From: Anaeromyxobacteraceae bacterium
GTDB lineage: Bacteria; Myxococcota; Myxococcia; Myxococcales; Anaeromyxobacteraceae
Length of the DNA stretch: 62,158 bases
Direction of reading: 5' to 3'
Assembly (NCBI GenBank): GCA_032654565.1
Contig: JAULAX010000021.1
Location: forward strand, 1-62,158
Made by a program: the position numbers and the translations under genes. Under the pieces are notes generated by a model that was not told the origin of the DNA, ran no database searches, and saw only the letters and a program-made list of their open reading frames with translations. Every line of letters starts with the position of its first letter. Within the stretch, counting starts at the first letter, position 1. Below, piece after piece: positions 48,292-57,673 of this stretch.

Positions 48292-49382
48292 TGACGGAAG
48301 CTCATCGCGCAGCGCGGCGCGCGTCCTTGGTCCTTCTCGCTCTGGGATTCCTCAGTTTGTTGCTCATCCCCTTGGTTCCTACGAGGGCCGACTTCGGCCC
48401 ACAGCCGATGGGCATCTCCCCATCCGTACTGAACCCGACCGAGCGCGCCAACACGGACAACAACGCCAACCAGGTCATCTATGACGCGATGACCGTTCCC
48501 GAGCCGTGGTTCCTCACCGAACGCGGCAAAGGCCATGGAGGCGTCCTCCTGCTCACGGGCTGGTCGCTCATCGGACTCGGCCTGGTCATCGGAGTCGCCA
48601 AGGACCAGCTCTCCATTTTCAGCGGCCAGCCGTCCCAGCCCACCGCGGTCCTCGGTCGCGCCATCATCGCTGCCGCGATCCTCAGCACCTACAACGTCAT
48701 CTGCTCCGGCGTCTGGGACATCAGCCTCGACATCGGCCGTTCCATCGCCAACGAACACACGCTCAGCCAAGCCGCGTTCTACATCCGCTACTTCGACATC
48801 CGCGCCCACTCGATGCTCACCAACGACTGGGTCGTCATGGCGCCGCTCAGCATCATCCGAAACGCCTTCATCCAAGGGATGATGTGGCTGCTAGACTGGT
48901 TCGTCTCCTTCTCCATCGACGCCATTCGCATCGTCCAGCTCGCCGTCTTCAACGTCGTTTACGGCTTCGGCCCCATCTGCCTCGGCCTCTACGTGATGGG
49001 CCTACGCGCCGGCGAGATCTGGTTCGGTGCCCTCCTCGAGATTTGCTCGTGGAACATCACCATCGCCATCATCCTCTCGATGATGGCTGGTGCCAGCTAC
49101 GAGCACCTCATGGTCCAGGCCGGCACCGGCATCGGCAACTTCGAGTGGTGGGCGAATCTCAAGGGCTACACCTTCCTGGCCTTCCTCATCACCTTCGTAC
49201 CAGTCCTCAGTAGCCGCTTCTTCGGCGTAGCCGCCCTCGGTCCGTTGGCGGGAGTCGCCATGGGCGGCACCTTCGCCCTCAGCGTCGGCCAAGCCGCCGG
49301 CCGCCTCGGCGGCGCCTCGTCCGCGCCCAAGATGCAAGGCGGCTCCCAGACCAACAACGGCGATACGCGCCCCGGAGACTAA
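48288..49382 (+). CDS. VirB6/TrbL-like polytopic membrane protein
   Basis: Multiple TM helices, GPI motif, Gly/Ala-rich tail. Confidence 0.7.
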   Translation: MMTEAHRAARRASLVLLALGFLSLLLIPLVPTRADFGPQPMGISPSVLNPTERANTDNNANQVIYDAMTVPEPWFLTERGKGHGGVLLLTGWSLIGLGLVIGVAKDQLSIFSGQPSQPTAVLGRAIIAAAILSTYNVICSGVWDISLDIGRSIANEHTLSQAAFYIRYFDIRAHSMLTNDWVVMAPLSIIRNAFIQGMMWLLDWFVSFSIDAIRIVQLAVFNVVYGFGPICLGLYVMGLRAGEIWFGALLEICSWNITIAIILSMMAGASYEHLMVQAGTGIGNFEWWANLKGYTFLAFLITFVPVLSSRFFGVAALGPLAGVAMGGTFALSVGQAAGRLGGASSAPKMQGGSQTNNGDTRPGD

Positions 49383-49384
49383 CC

Positions 49385-50122
49385 ATGCCCACCCCAAGCT
49401 CGACCAACACGCCCGTGCACTACGAACTCTTCCACGATCTCCAGCGCCAGAACGCCCACCTCAGGCGGAACAACTGGCTGCACTGGATCGTGCAGATTGC
49501 CTTCGTTGCGCTCTTCGTCCTCATCATGCTTCGCCCGCTCTCCGCGGTCCGCGTCAACCCTGACGGCTCTCCGGAGATGCTCAGCACCGTTCCCTCCGTG
49601 AACTACCCGGGGCCGGAAGAAGCCGAGTACGTCTCCCGCCAGATCAGCACGCATCTGCTCGAGCTCACCAGCGGCAGCGTCCAACGCGACCTCGCCAAGG
49701 GCTTCGCCCTCATGACGGCCCAGTTCCAGTCCGTCTACCAGAAGAAGGTCACCGACGACCCCACGCTCGCCAGCCTGGAGAAGGGCAACGTCCGCTCCGT
49801 CCTCGACTTCGACGCGACCAAGACCACGATCCGCGCCGAGAAGGACGGCAAGGGCCTCCCCACGAAGTACTTCGTCGAGCTCGTAGGCCGCCTGCGCGTC
49901 TACCGCGCCGACGTCCTCACCGGTCCCCTCGCGGTCCGCTACCTCGCGCTGCGCACCACGCTCCTGCTGGTGCCGCGCTCCAAGAACACCCTCAACGGCC
50001 TGCTCGTCGACTGGTTCGACAAGGAGGTCATCGAGGCGCCCAAAGGCGCGCCCACCGTCGATGCGAATCCACTGTCTCCCGCCCCTGGCCCTCGCCTGGG
50101 CGGCTCGGACCCCACACCATGA
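49385..50122 (+). CDS. VirB8-like protein
   Basis: Single N-terminal TM, NTF2-like pattern, C-terminal PRS....NGLLV. Confidence 0.65.
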   Translation: MPTPSSTNTPVHYELFHDLQRQNAHLRRNNWLHWIVQIAFVALFVLIMLRPLSAVRVNPDGSPEMLSTVPSVNYPGPEEAEYVSRQISTHLLELTSGSVQRDLAKGFALMTAQFQSVYQKKVTDDPTLASLEKGNVRSVLDFDATKTTIRAEKDGKGLPTKYFVELVGRLRVYRADVLTGPLAVRYLALRTTLLLVPRSKNTLNGLLVDWFDKEVIEAPKGAPTVDANPLSPAPGPRLGGSDPTP

Positions 50123-51159
50123 TCGTCACCATCGCTCTGTCGCTCGCTCTGGCGCTGCTCGGGCCCGACGCTCCACCCCTCGCAGCTCCTCCTCCGGCCT
50201 CCACCAAGGCTCCGCCCAAGCCGGCTCCGAAAAAGAAGGCCACGACCGCTCCACCGGCCCAGCCTCCGGCTGCGCCCGCCCCAGCTCCCGCTCAACCGCC
50301 TCCAGCGACCGACCGCGAGATCCGCACCATCCCGCTTACCGAGGCCCAGGCTCGCCGCGTTCTCGTAGTGCGCGTCTCGCCGTCCTATCCGGCGACCATC
50401 GAGTTCCCCGAGGCCTTCGCCGCTCCTCCGTCGTGCGGGGACTGCGGCGACAAGACCGGCCTCTTCCGGCTCGACGTCTTCAACGACGCGCGCTACCTCG
50501 TCGTCAAGCCTCGCCTCTTCGCCGGTCCGCAGCCGGACGGCAGCGTCATCTCGGTCTCCGACTTCCTGACCACGCTCACCGTTCGGCTCGCCAGCTTCAC
50601 CCTCACGATGCAGATCGAGTACGTCGACGACCCCAAGAAGGCGGACCCGCGCATCGTCTTCACGCTTCCCGCACGATCCCAGGAGAGCGCCTTCGTTCAG
50701 CAGGAGGTCGCCAAGGCTCGCAAGCAGCTCGAAGAAGACTTCGCCAGCAAGCTCGACAAGGCCAGCACGCAAGCCTTCTTGAAGGCCCTCACAGGCCACC
50801 ACACCTGCACGCCTCTCTCCCAGAGGGCTCGGCGTGACGACATCGTCGTCCAGGCTCAGGAGCTTTGCTCCTTCGGGGCGCGCTTCTACGTCGTCTTCAC
50901 CGTCGAGAATCGCGCCCGGACCACCATGGAGATCGACACGGTCGCTCTCAAGCACGGTCAGGACAAGAAGACCCTCATCGTTCCCGACTCCCCGCAGCTG
51001 TACCTTTCCACCGACCACCTCGACTTCCAGGCTATCGCCCGCGGCGTCATCGGCTTTTCGCTCGACGAGGGCCAAGCCACCCCTCGCCTCTACGCGCTGA
51101 CCGTCCTTGAACGAGGCGGTCTCGGACGCTCTCTCTCCATCGACGCCATCGAACCGTAG
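50119..51159 (+). CDS. VirB9/TraN-like (DUF2381-like) exported protein
   Basis: Signal peptide, Pro-rich linker, V.VSP..PATIEFP beta-domain and a second beta-domain (FTVEN...ID). Confidence 0.6.
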   Translation: MIVTIALSLALALLGPDAPPLAAPPPASTKAPPKPAPKKKATTAPPAQPPAAPAPAPAQPPPATDREIRTIPLTEAQARRVLVVRVSPSYPATIEFPEAFAAPPSCGDCGDKTGLFRLDVFNDARYLVVKPRLFAGPQPDGSVISVSDFLTTLTVRLASFTLTMQIEYVDDPKKADPRIVFTLPARSQESAFVQQEVAKARKQLEEDFASKLDKASTQAFLKALTGHHTCTPLSQRARRDDIVVQAQELCSFGARFYVVFTVENRARTTMEIDTVALKHGQDKKTLIVPDSPQLYLSTDHLDFQAIARGVIGFSLDEGQATPRLYALTVLERGGLGRSLSIDAIEP

Positions 51160-51165
51160 GACCAC

Positions 51166-53610
51166 ATGAGCGGCAAGACTCCACCGACCTTCCGGTCCAC
51201 CTTCTTCGGAGCGCGTCCGGCCACTCCGTCTCCGGAGCTGGACCCCGATGCACCTCCTGATCCGGACGCTCCGCCAGAGCCTCCGGCTCCTTCCGATCCC
51301 GAGGCTGCCGCCGCACCGACCCCAGCTCCACCCCCGGCCACGCCACCCGTCGCCCCTCAACCCCCCACGCCGCTCTCCTACACGGAGACCGGCGTAGCGC
51401 GAGCCCGCTCCGCCGTCTCTCCCGCCATCGGCGAGGTCATCGATCTTGGCGGCGGCGCTGGGTCCTACCAGCTCCTCAAGCGGCTCGGCCGCGGTGGCAT
51501 GGGAGAGGTCTGGCTTGCGCGACGCAATGGCCCCGCTGGATTCCAGCGCGAGGTCGCCATCAAGCGCATCCGCGCTGACCGCCTCGTCGACGACGACGAG
51601 GCCATCAATTTCCGCAACACCTTCCTCGACGAGGCTCGCACCCTCGCTGCGCTCCAGAACGACAACATCGCCCAGGTCTACGACCTCCAGGAACGGGGCG
51701 ACGGCGACTACTACCTGGTCATGGAGTACGTGGAGGGCCAGTCGGTTCGCGAGATTCTCTCCCTCGCGGCCCGGCGTCAGTTCCGACTCTCCGTCCCCTT
51801 CGCTTGCTACGTGATCTCCAACGTCGCCGAAGCCCTCCACTACGCGTACACGACGCTTGGGCTCAACCGCCAACCGCTCCGCATCGTCCACCGCGACGCC
51901 ACCCCACAGAACATCATGATCGCCACCAGCGGCGCCGTGAAGCTCATCGACTTCGGGGTCGCGTTCTCGCAGCTCGAGAACCGAGCCCACACCCGGGTCG
52001 GCGACCTGAAAGGCATCTACGCCTACATGAGCCCAGAGCAGGCCCAGGGCGCGCGGACCCTCGACACTCGCTCGGATCTCTTCACGCTGGGCAGCGTCCT
52101 TTGCGAGATCCTCACCGGACAGCGCCCCTTCGACTCTGGCTCCAACTCGGACAGCGCCACACTGCGCCGCGTCGACGAAGCCAACCCCGCGGACGTCGAC
52201 CGCGCCGTGGTCAACCTCGACAAGGATCTTGCGGACGTCATTCGCACCTGCCTGGCGAAGGATCCGGACGACCGCTTCGACAGCGGGCACGCACTCGCCG
52301 CCGCCCTTCGCGGCTACCTCGAAGACACCGGCTCGCACTACTCCCGGCACCACGCCGCCGAGGAGCTCGCGCTCCTGGCCGGCGCGCCCGATCTCAACGC
52401 CACCAACATCAAGCCTCGCGCTGCGACGCTTCCTCCTCCTCCGCCCAACACTCCCTTCGGCGAAGCACCGGTACCCGCCGCTCCAGCGCCACGAGTCGCC
52501 CCGCCCATGGTCTCCCCAGCTCCCGTACCGCCGGCCCGCTCCGGACCGAGCGAAACCCGCATCGCCAAGCGGGCTGCGACTCGCCAGAAGCTCCTCAACC
52601 CACAGGATCCGAAGCCACGGCTCATTAAGCCCGCGCTGTTGCTCCTCGCCATCGCCATCGGAGCCAGCGTAGTCGCGCACTTCGTCATCCGCCTCAACAC
52701 ACCCTCCGAACCGAAGGTCGTCGAGGTCGTCCTTACAGACGCCCAGAAGCGCGCCGCCAGGGAAGTCGAATCACGCGCCCAACTCCCTTCGCCCACCCAG
52801 GCCAAGCTGGCGGACGTCACCAATCCGAACGCCGTCCTCAATCAGAACCTCCCCGGCTACGCCCCGGAGGCGAAGCCAGCGCCCGCTACAGCCCTCCAAG
52901 CCGCTCCCACCCCCGCTGCCCCTCGCCCCATGCCCTACGCCTCCCAGGGAGCGGCTCAGGCCGCCTATCGGCCTGTTCCGACCGGTCCTGTCCAGGCTGA
53001 ACCACCTCCACAACCCGTCCGCCGCCGCTCCCTCGACACCTCCAGCGCCGTCGCCTTCGCTGACCAGGCGCCGGCGACCACCGGCCCCCCGCCCCCACTT
53101 CCCAGGGGCACGCTCATCCCCTCCCGCCTCAACATGCCCGTCGATCCGAACAACCCCGGCCCCGTCACCGCCACCGTGACCAAGGCCGTCAACTCTCCAA
53201 ACGGCACCGTGGCGATCCCGGTCGGCTCGACGGTGATCTGCTCTTCCGGTGGCTTCGCCAACGGCGGCCGCGTCCAGCTCCGCTGTGACGGCGTCAACAT
53301 CGGTGGCCGCGTCATCGCCCTCAACGGCACGGCGCTGGGAGCAGACCAGGCGCCCGGCCTTCCAACCGGTGTCACCGGCGGCGCCGGCGTCGGCGAACCC
53401 GCCAGGAACACATCCCTCGACACCGCTGCGCGCGTCGTGGGCCGGGCGGTCGGCGGCAGCGGCGCCGTCGGAGACGTCGTCAGCAGCGCCGCCGGCGCCA
53501 CCACCGAAACGATTCGCCGAGGCACGGCCGCCGATCCCACCAGCGCCACCCCCGCGAGCAAGGGCACCAACTTCCTCGTCTTCATCAACAGCTTCGGAGG
53601 CTCTCAGTGA
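51166..53610 (+). CDS. Hanks-type Ser/Thr kinase - TM - Pro-rich linker - VirB10/TrbI-like domain fusion
   Basis: Kinase motifs LGRGGMGEV, AIK, HRD..PQN, DFG, YMSPEQ; TM LLLLAIAIGASVVAHFVI; C-terminal LPRGTLIP..L......PGPV.A.V...V....G...IP.GS; located in the virB10 slot. Confidence 0.8.
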   Translation: MSGKTPPTFRSTFFGARPATPSPELDPDAPPDPDAPPEPPAPSDPEAAAAPTPAPPPATPPVAPQPPTPLSYTETGVARARSAVSPAIGEVIDLGGGAGSYQLLKRLGRGGMGEVWLARRNGPAGFQREVAIKRIRADRLVDDDEAINFRNTFLDEARTLAALQNDNIAQVYDLQERGDGDYYLVMEYVEGQSVREILSLAARRQFRLSVPFACYVISNVAEALHYAYTTLGLNRQPLRIVHRDATPQNIMIATSGAVKLIDFGVAFSQLENRAHTRVGDLKGIYAYMSPEQAQGARTLDTRSDLFTLGSVLCEILTGQRPFDSGSNSDSATLRRVDEANPADVDRAVVNLDKDLADVIRTCLAKDPDDRFDSGHALAAALRGYLEDTGSHYSRHHAAEELALLAGAPDLNATNIKPRAATLPPPPPNTPFGEAPVPAAPAPRVAPPMVSPAPVPPARSGPSETRIAKRAATRQKLLNPQDPKPRLIKPALLLLAIAIGASVVAHFVIRLNTPSEPKVVEVVLTDAQKRAAREVESRAQLPSPTQAKLADVTNPNAVLNQNLPGYAPEAKPAPATALQAAPTPAAPRPMPYASQGAAQAAYRPVPTGPVQAEPPPQPVRRRSLDTSSAVAFADQAPATTGPPPPLPRGTLIPSRLNMPVDPNNPGPVTATVTKAVNSPNGTVAIPVGSTVICSSGGFANGGRVQLRCDGVNIGGRVIALNGTALGADQAPGLPTGVTGGAGVGEPARNTSLDTAARVVGRAVGGSGAVGDVVSSAAGATTETIRRGTAADPTSATPASKGTNFLVFINSFGGSQ

Positions 53611-55955
53611 AGCTCGTCGTCCTCGAGTCGCCCAACAAGGTCGAGAAGGTCTCCCACTACCTCGGCGCTGGCTACAAAGTCCTCGCCACCGCCGGCCACT
53701 TCCGAGACCTCCCCGACGACGCCATGGGCGTTGACACCAAGACCTGGACTCCAACCTTCACCATCAATCCGAAGAAGAAGGACCTGGTCGACCGCATCAA
53801 GGCGGCGGCCGCCGGCGCCGAGGAGGTCCTCCTCGCCTCCGACGCCGACCGCGAAGGCGAAGCCATCTCCTGGCACCTCGCACAGGTGCTCGGCCTCAAG
53901 AAGCCCATGAGGCTCAAGTACACGGAGATCACGGAGAAGGCGCTCAAGGAGGCCATCACTCGCCTCGTCCCGCTCGATCAGAACCTCGCCGACGCTCAGC
54001 TCTGCCGTCGCATCCAAGACCGCCTCATCGGCTACGAGGTGAGCCCCAAGCTCACCCCCTACTTCGGCAAGGGCGCGAGCGCGGGTCGCGTCCAGAGCGC
54101 CACCCTTCACCTGGTCGTCGCCCGCGAGATCGAACGGGAGCAGTTCAAGCCAGTCCCCTACTGGACTCTCGCCTCCAAGTACCAGAACGGTCTCGTGGCT
54201 CGCTACGCTTCGCTCAACGACAAGGGCGAGCTTGTCGACACCCGGCTCACCACGTCGGCCGAGGCCGAGGCCATCGCAACGCGAGCTCGCGCCGCGACGC
54301 ATACGGTGTCGTCCGTGGCGACCAAGCCGGTCGAGCGGAAGCCCAAGGCTCCCTTCACGACGAGCACGCTGCAGCAAGCCGCTTCTTCCCAGCTCGGCTT
54401 CAAGCCCGACCAGACGATGAAGCTCGCACAGGCCCTCTTCGAGCGCGGCGCCATCAGCTACCACCGCACGGACTCCGTCGCGCTCAGTGAAGACGCCATC
54501 ACACTCGCCCGCGACTTCATCACCGCCGACTACCCCAAGGCGCTCCCGGCCCAGCCCGTCCGCTACAAGGTCAAGGGCGACGCCCAGGGCGCCCACGAAG
54601 CTATCCGGCCCACCTCCCTCGACCCAGCCACAGTCGCGGAACTCCAGGGCGACGAGGCCGCCCTCTACGACCTCATCCGCCGCCGCTTTCTCGCCTGCCA
54701 GAGCAAGCCAGCCGTCTTCGACCAGACCACCGTCACCATCACCGCCGGCGACACCATCTGGCGCGCCGTCGGTGCCGTCGTCCAGTTCGACGGATTCCTG
54801 CACTACCTCACCGACTCCGAGGATCAGGAAGACAACGCGGACGAGCCCAGGCTCCCCCGTGTCGCCAATGGCGAGGTGCTCTCCCTCGCCGACATCACCG
54901 TCGCCGCCAAGACCACGAAGCCGCCGCCTCGCTTCACCCAGGCGACCCTCGTCAGGGAAATGGAGCGCACCGGCATCGGCCGCCCCAGCACCTACGCCAC
55001 CACAGTCACCACGCTCTTCGACCGCACCTATATCGCCGAGGAGAAGAAGGACCTCTACCCGACGCCGCGTGGCCGCGGCGTCGACACCTTCCTCGCTCGA
55101 GGTCTCCCAGAGCTGCTCGACACCGACCTCACCGCTCAGATGGAAGCTCGCCTCGACGCGATCGCCGATGGGCAGGCTCGTTTGAAGCCGGAGCTTCAAG
55201 CCTGGTGGTCCACCTTCGAGCCGAAACTCCGCATGGCTCCCCAGGCGTTCGAAGCCGAAGCCAAGAACCACCCGGCCCTCGCCGCCGAGGCCGCTGCGCG
55301 CCTCGGCACGCCCACCGACAAAGTCTGCCCGCAATGCCAGAAGCCCCTGCTCCTTCGCACTCGCAAAGACGCCAAGGGCCAGTTCCTCTCCTGCTCTGGC
55401 TACCCGGTGTGCAACTACGCGGCAAACCCCGCCGCCAGGAGCGCCGGCAAGCCCTGCCCCCGCTGCGGCAAGGACCTCAACGTCCTTCCCCGCAAGAGCG
55501 GTGACGGCGAGTACCTCGCCTGCTCCGGATACCCGGCCTGCGACTACAAGGCCGATGCCACCGCCAAGGCCTACGAAAAGCCCTGCCCGAAGTGCTCAGG
55601 CCCGATGGAGCAGGTCGCCAACAAGGCCGGCGTTCCTTACGCCCGCTGCGTGAAGAAGGACTGCGGCGGCCTCATCGACCTCGCCCCCGCCGTCGCCGAA
55701 ACCTGCCCCGTCTGCGCCAGCTCCATGACGGACAAGGGCGACTTCCTCTCCTGCACCAAGTACCCCGCCTGCAAGGGCTCCTACGACAAGAAGGGGCTCG
55801 CCAAGAGCCGCAAGAACAACTGGACCTGCCCCAAGTGCGCCAAGCCGCTCATGGAGCGCAAGAGCGCCAAGGGCGCCTTCCTGGGCTGCTCCGCTTACCC
55901 TGTCTGCAAGCACATCACTCCGCTTCCTTCCACGGTCCGGAATACATCGCGCTGA
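53607..55955 (+). CDS. topA: Type IA DNA topoisomerase with multiple C-terminal zinc ribbons
   Basis: ESP.K, DADREGE, SAGRVQ, ISYHRTD, AHEAIRPT and GIGRPSTY motifs; repeated C4 ribbons. Confidence 0.95.
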   Translation: MKLVVLESPNKVEKVSHYLGAGYKVLATAGHFRDLPDDAMGVDTKTWTPTFTINPKKKDLVDRIKAAAAGAEEVLLASDADREGEAISWHLAQVLGLKKPMRLKYTEITEKALKEAITRLVPLDQNLADAQLCRRIQDRLIGYEVSPKLTPYFGKGASAGRVQSATLHLVVAREIEREQFKPVPYWTLASKYQNGLVARYASLNDKGELVDTRLTTSAEAEAIATRARAATHTVSSVATKPVERKPKAPFTTSTLQQAASSQLGFKPDQTMKLAQALFERGAISYHRTDSVALSEDAITLARDFITADYPKALPAQPVRYKVKGDAQGAHEAIRPTSLDPATVAELQGDEAALYDLIRRRFLACQSKPAVFDQTTVTITAGDTIWRAVGAVVQFDGFLHYLTDSEDQEDNADEPRLPRVANGEVLSLADITVAAKTTKPPPRFTQATLVREMERTGIGRPSTYATTVTTLFDRTYIAEEKKDLYPTPRGRGVDTFLARGLPELLDTDLTAQMEARLDAIADGQARLKPELQAWWSTFEPKLRMAPQAFEAEAKNHPALAAEAAARLGTPTDKVCPQCQKPLLLRTRKDAKGQFLSCSGYPVCNYAANPAARSAGKPCPRCGKDLNVLPRKSGDGEYLACSGYPACDYKADATAKAYEKPCPKCSGPMEQVANKAGVPYARCVKKDCGGLIDLAPAVAETCPVCASSMTDKGDFLSCTKYPACKGSYDKKGLAKSRKNNWTCPKCAKPLMERKSAKGAFLGCSAYPVCKHITPLPSTVRNTSR

Positions 55956-55996
55956 TTCATGGCTGTCCCCAGCTGCTCATGACCGAGACACCAACC

Positions 55997-56458
55997 ATGG
56001 CTACGAAACCCGTTCCACCCGGAGGCGCGAAGAAGTCGCGCCCTACCGAGATCAGTGGCACCCACTACGTCCGCGTCACCCAGGCCGAGCTCGACACCTT
56101 CCAACGAATTCGTCTCGCCTTCGGTCGGCCCGTCAGCCAGGTCGTTCAATCCGGAATCGTCGAGGCTGCTCACCGCCTCGGCGTCTTCGCGGGCGGCATC
56201 CAACCTCAGAAGCCCTACTCACGTCGCGCCTGGCCTGATGTGCCACACCGCGACGACGACGAAACCGGAGTCTCTCGCGTCATCCTCACCATCGACCCTG
56301 CGACCGACGATCTTCTCACCCGAGCGTCAAAGTACGTCGGCGTCGACCCCCACCAATTCCTCATCGGCGCCACCCTGCGCTACCTGAGCAACCTCAAGAG
56401 CCACGATCCCGACGGGCGCTTCAAGCGCCTTCCACTGCCACCGCAATTCGAGCCCTAG
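55997..56458 (+). CDS. Tandem ribbon-helix-helix-like protein (candidate repressor)
   Basis: Two beta-alpha-alpha units (HYVRVT...RPVSQVV; VILTID...GVDPHQFL). Confidence 0.5.
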   Translation: MATKPVPPGGAKKSRPTEISGTHYVRVTQAELDTFQRIRLAFGRPVSQVVQSGIVEAAHRLGVFAGGIQPQKPYSRRAWPDVPHRDDDETGVSRVILTIDPATDDLLTRASKYVGVDPHQFLIGATLRYLSNLKSHDPDGRFKRLPLPPQFEP

Positions 56459-56471
56459 CAGGACCCCAACG

Positions 56472-56804
56472 ATGACCACAGAGCCTTCGCCCTCCATCAA
56501 GTCCAAGCCTCCGCAGATCCCCGCCATGGATCTGAGGCGCTTCTTCGCCTTCATCGTCATCGCCTTTGGGCTCGGCCTCGTCGTCGGCTTTCGTCTCCCT
56601 CGCGCCGGCGCTTCAGGAGCCGAATCGGCCCAGTCGTCGGCGCTCTTCACCCGCCTGCTCAAGGAGACTCAGGAGCTCAAGGAACTCCAGCTCGAGACGC
56701 AGATGCGCATGCTCGACTGCCCGCAGGGCATCCTTCCGGAGAGGAAGCCAAAGGCTCCCATTCAGGCTCCTCCTCCACAGCGCGCCCCGGGCTCCAAGCC
56801 ATGA
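56472..56804 (+). CDS. Single-TM hypothetical protein
   Basis: AGGA RBS, TM segment and short coiled coil. Confidence 0.55.
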   Translation: MTTEPSPSIKSKPPQIPAMDLRRFFAFIVIAFGLGLVVGFRLPRAGASGAESAQSSALFTRLLKETQELKELQLETQMRMLDCPQGILPERKPKAPIQAPPPQRAPGSKP

Positions 56805-57028
56805 GCCGCGTCCTTGTCCTGGTCGCGGCCGCCGCGCTGACCGGGGCCGTTCTCGCCTTCGTCGGAACCACCCTGCTGCTCGACGTCTTCGAGTTCGCCA
56901 CCGGCAACACCATCCTGCTTCCCCAGCACCTCAGGTTCTGGGCGCACGTCGTAGCCCTGGTCGGCATCGTCCCAGCAACCATCGCCGCGGCCCTGCGGCA
57001 GAACAAGCCGCACATGTCGCAGAGCTAG
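56801..57028 (+). CDS. Small two-TM membrane protein
   Basis: Two hydrophobic segments; ATGA coupling. Confidence 0.55.
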   Translation: MSRVLVLVAAAALTGAVLAFVGTTLLLDVFEFATGNTILLPQHLRFWAHVVALVGIVPATIAAALRQNKPHMSQS

Positions 57029-57042
57029 AAGGGAACCTGCCC

Positions 57043-57444
57043 ATGTCCGAGCCCTCTGATCTCCTCCCGCCTCCGCTCCCCCCGCTTGAAACCACACCGG
57101 TCAAGCCGACGCTCGGAGCTGCATGGTCGAAGTTCAAGTCCGACATGGCGGTCGTCAAGGCCGACCACCAAGCCAAGGTCGCCGAGCACGACGCCAAGCT
57201 GGCCGAGAAGGAAGTGTCCCGCCAGACCGAGGCGGACGCCCCGCTTCGCTGCCCGGGCAAGGGCTGGCCCCGCAAGTGCGGGTCCACCCAAATCCACCTG
57301 TCCGAGAAGAAGTTCAGCGCCGGCAAGGCCGTCGTCGGTGCTCTCCTCGTCGGCGGCATCGGCCTCATCGCAGGCGCCCACGGCCGCAACGACGTAGTGC
57401 TCACCTGCCTCAAGTGCGGGCACAGGTGGACACCTGGGAAGTAG
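57043..57444 (+). CDS. Zinc-ribbon protein with a Gly-rich hydrophobic insert
   Basis: CP...KCGS....KKFS.GKA..G....GG.GL.AG......CLKCGH.W. Confidence 0.7.
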   Translation: MSEPSDLLPPPLPPLETTPVKPTLGAAWSKFKSDMAVVKADHQAKVAEHDAKLAEKEVSRQTEADAPLRCPGKGWPRKCGSTQIHLSEKKFSAGKAVVGALLVGGIGLIAGAHGRNDVVLTCLKCGHRWTPGK

Positions 57445-57511
57445 CCACAACCGTCCCACATCACCCCACCCACCCTTTCGCCACTTCCTACTTGACGCAG
57501 GGTAGTTCTCT

Positions 57512-57536
57512 CGATGTCATGGTATTCTATGACACG
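57512..57536. promoter_or_regulatory. Palindromic operator-like site, copy 3, upstream of the adhesin gene
   Basis: 25 of 25 bases identical to 11250-11274; TTGACG upstream at 57492; extended -10 inside the site. Confidence 0.7.
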
Positions 57537-57673
57537 CCAGCGATGCCCCAGCTCCTCCCAAACCAGCTTCGGCAACCCGCCGTCATAGAAGCCGCTCGGC
57601 CGAGCTTCTACGCCGGCGGCACCACGCCGTCGGCACTGCCCGTCGAACATCTCATCTAGAACCGGAGAACCGA

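Noticed and set aside
49939..52680. Long minus-strand ORFs (also 14521-16425, 53604-55334, 34509-35813, 38158-39411 and others)
   Set aside because: They are antisense shadows of well-supported + strand genes, expected from GC-rich codon bias, and carry no motifs.
57517..57659. Short ORF between the operator and the adhesin gene
   Set aside because: It has no RBS and no recognisable features. It may be leaderless but cannot be supported from the sequence.
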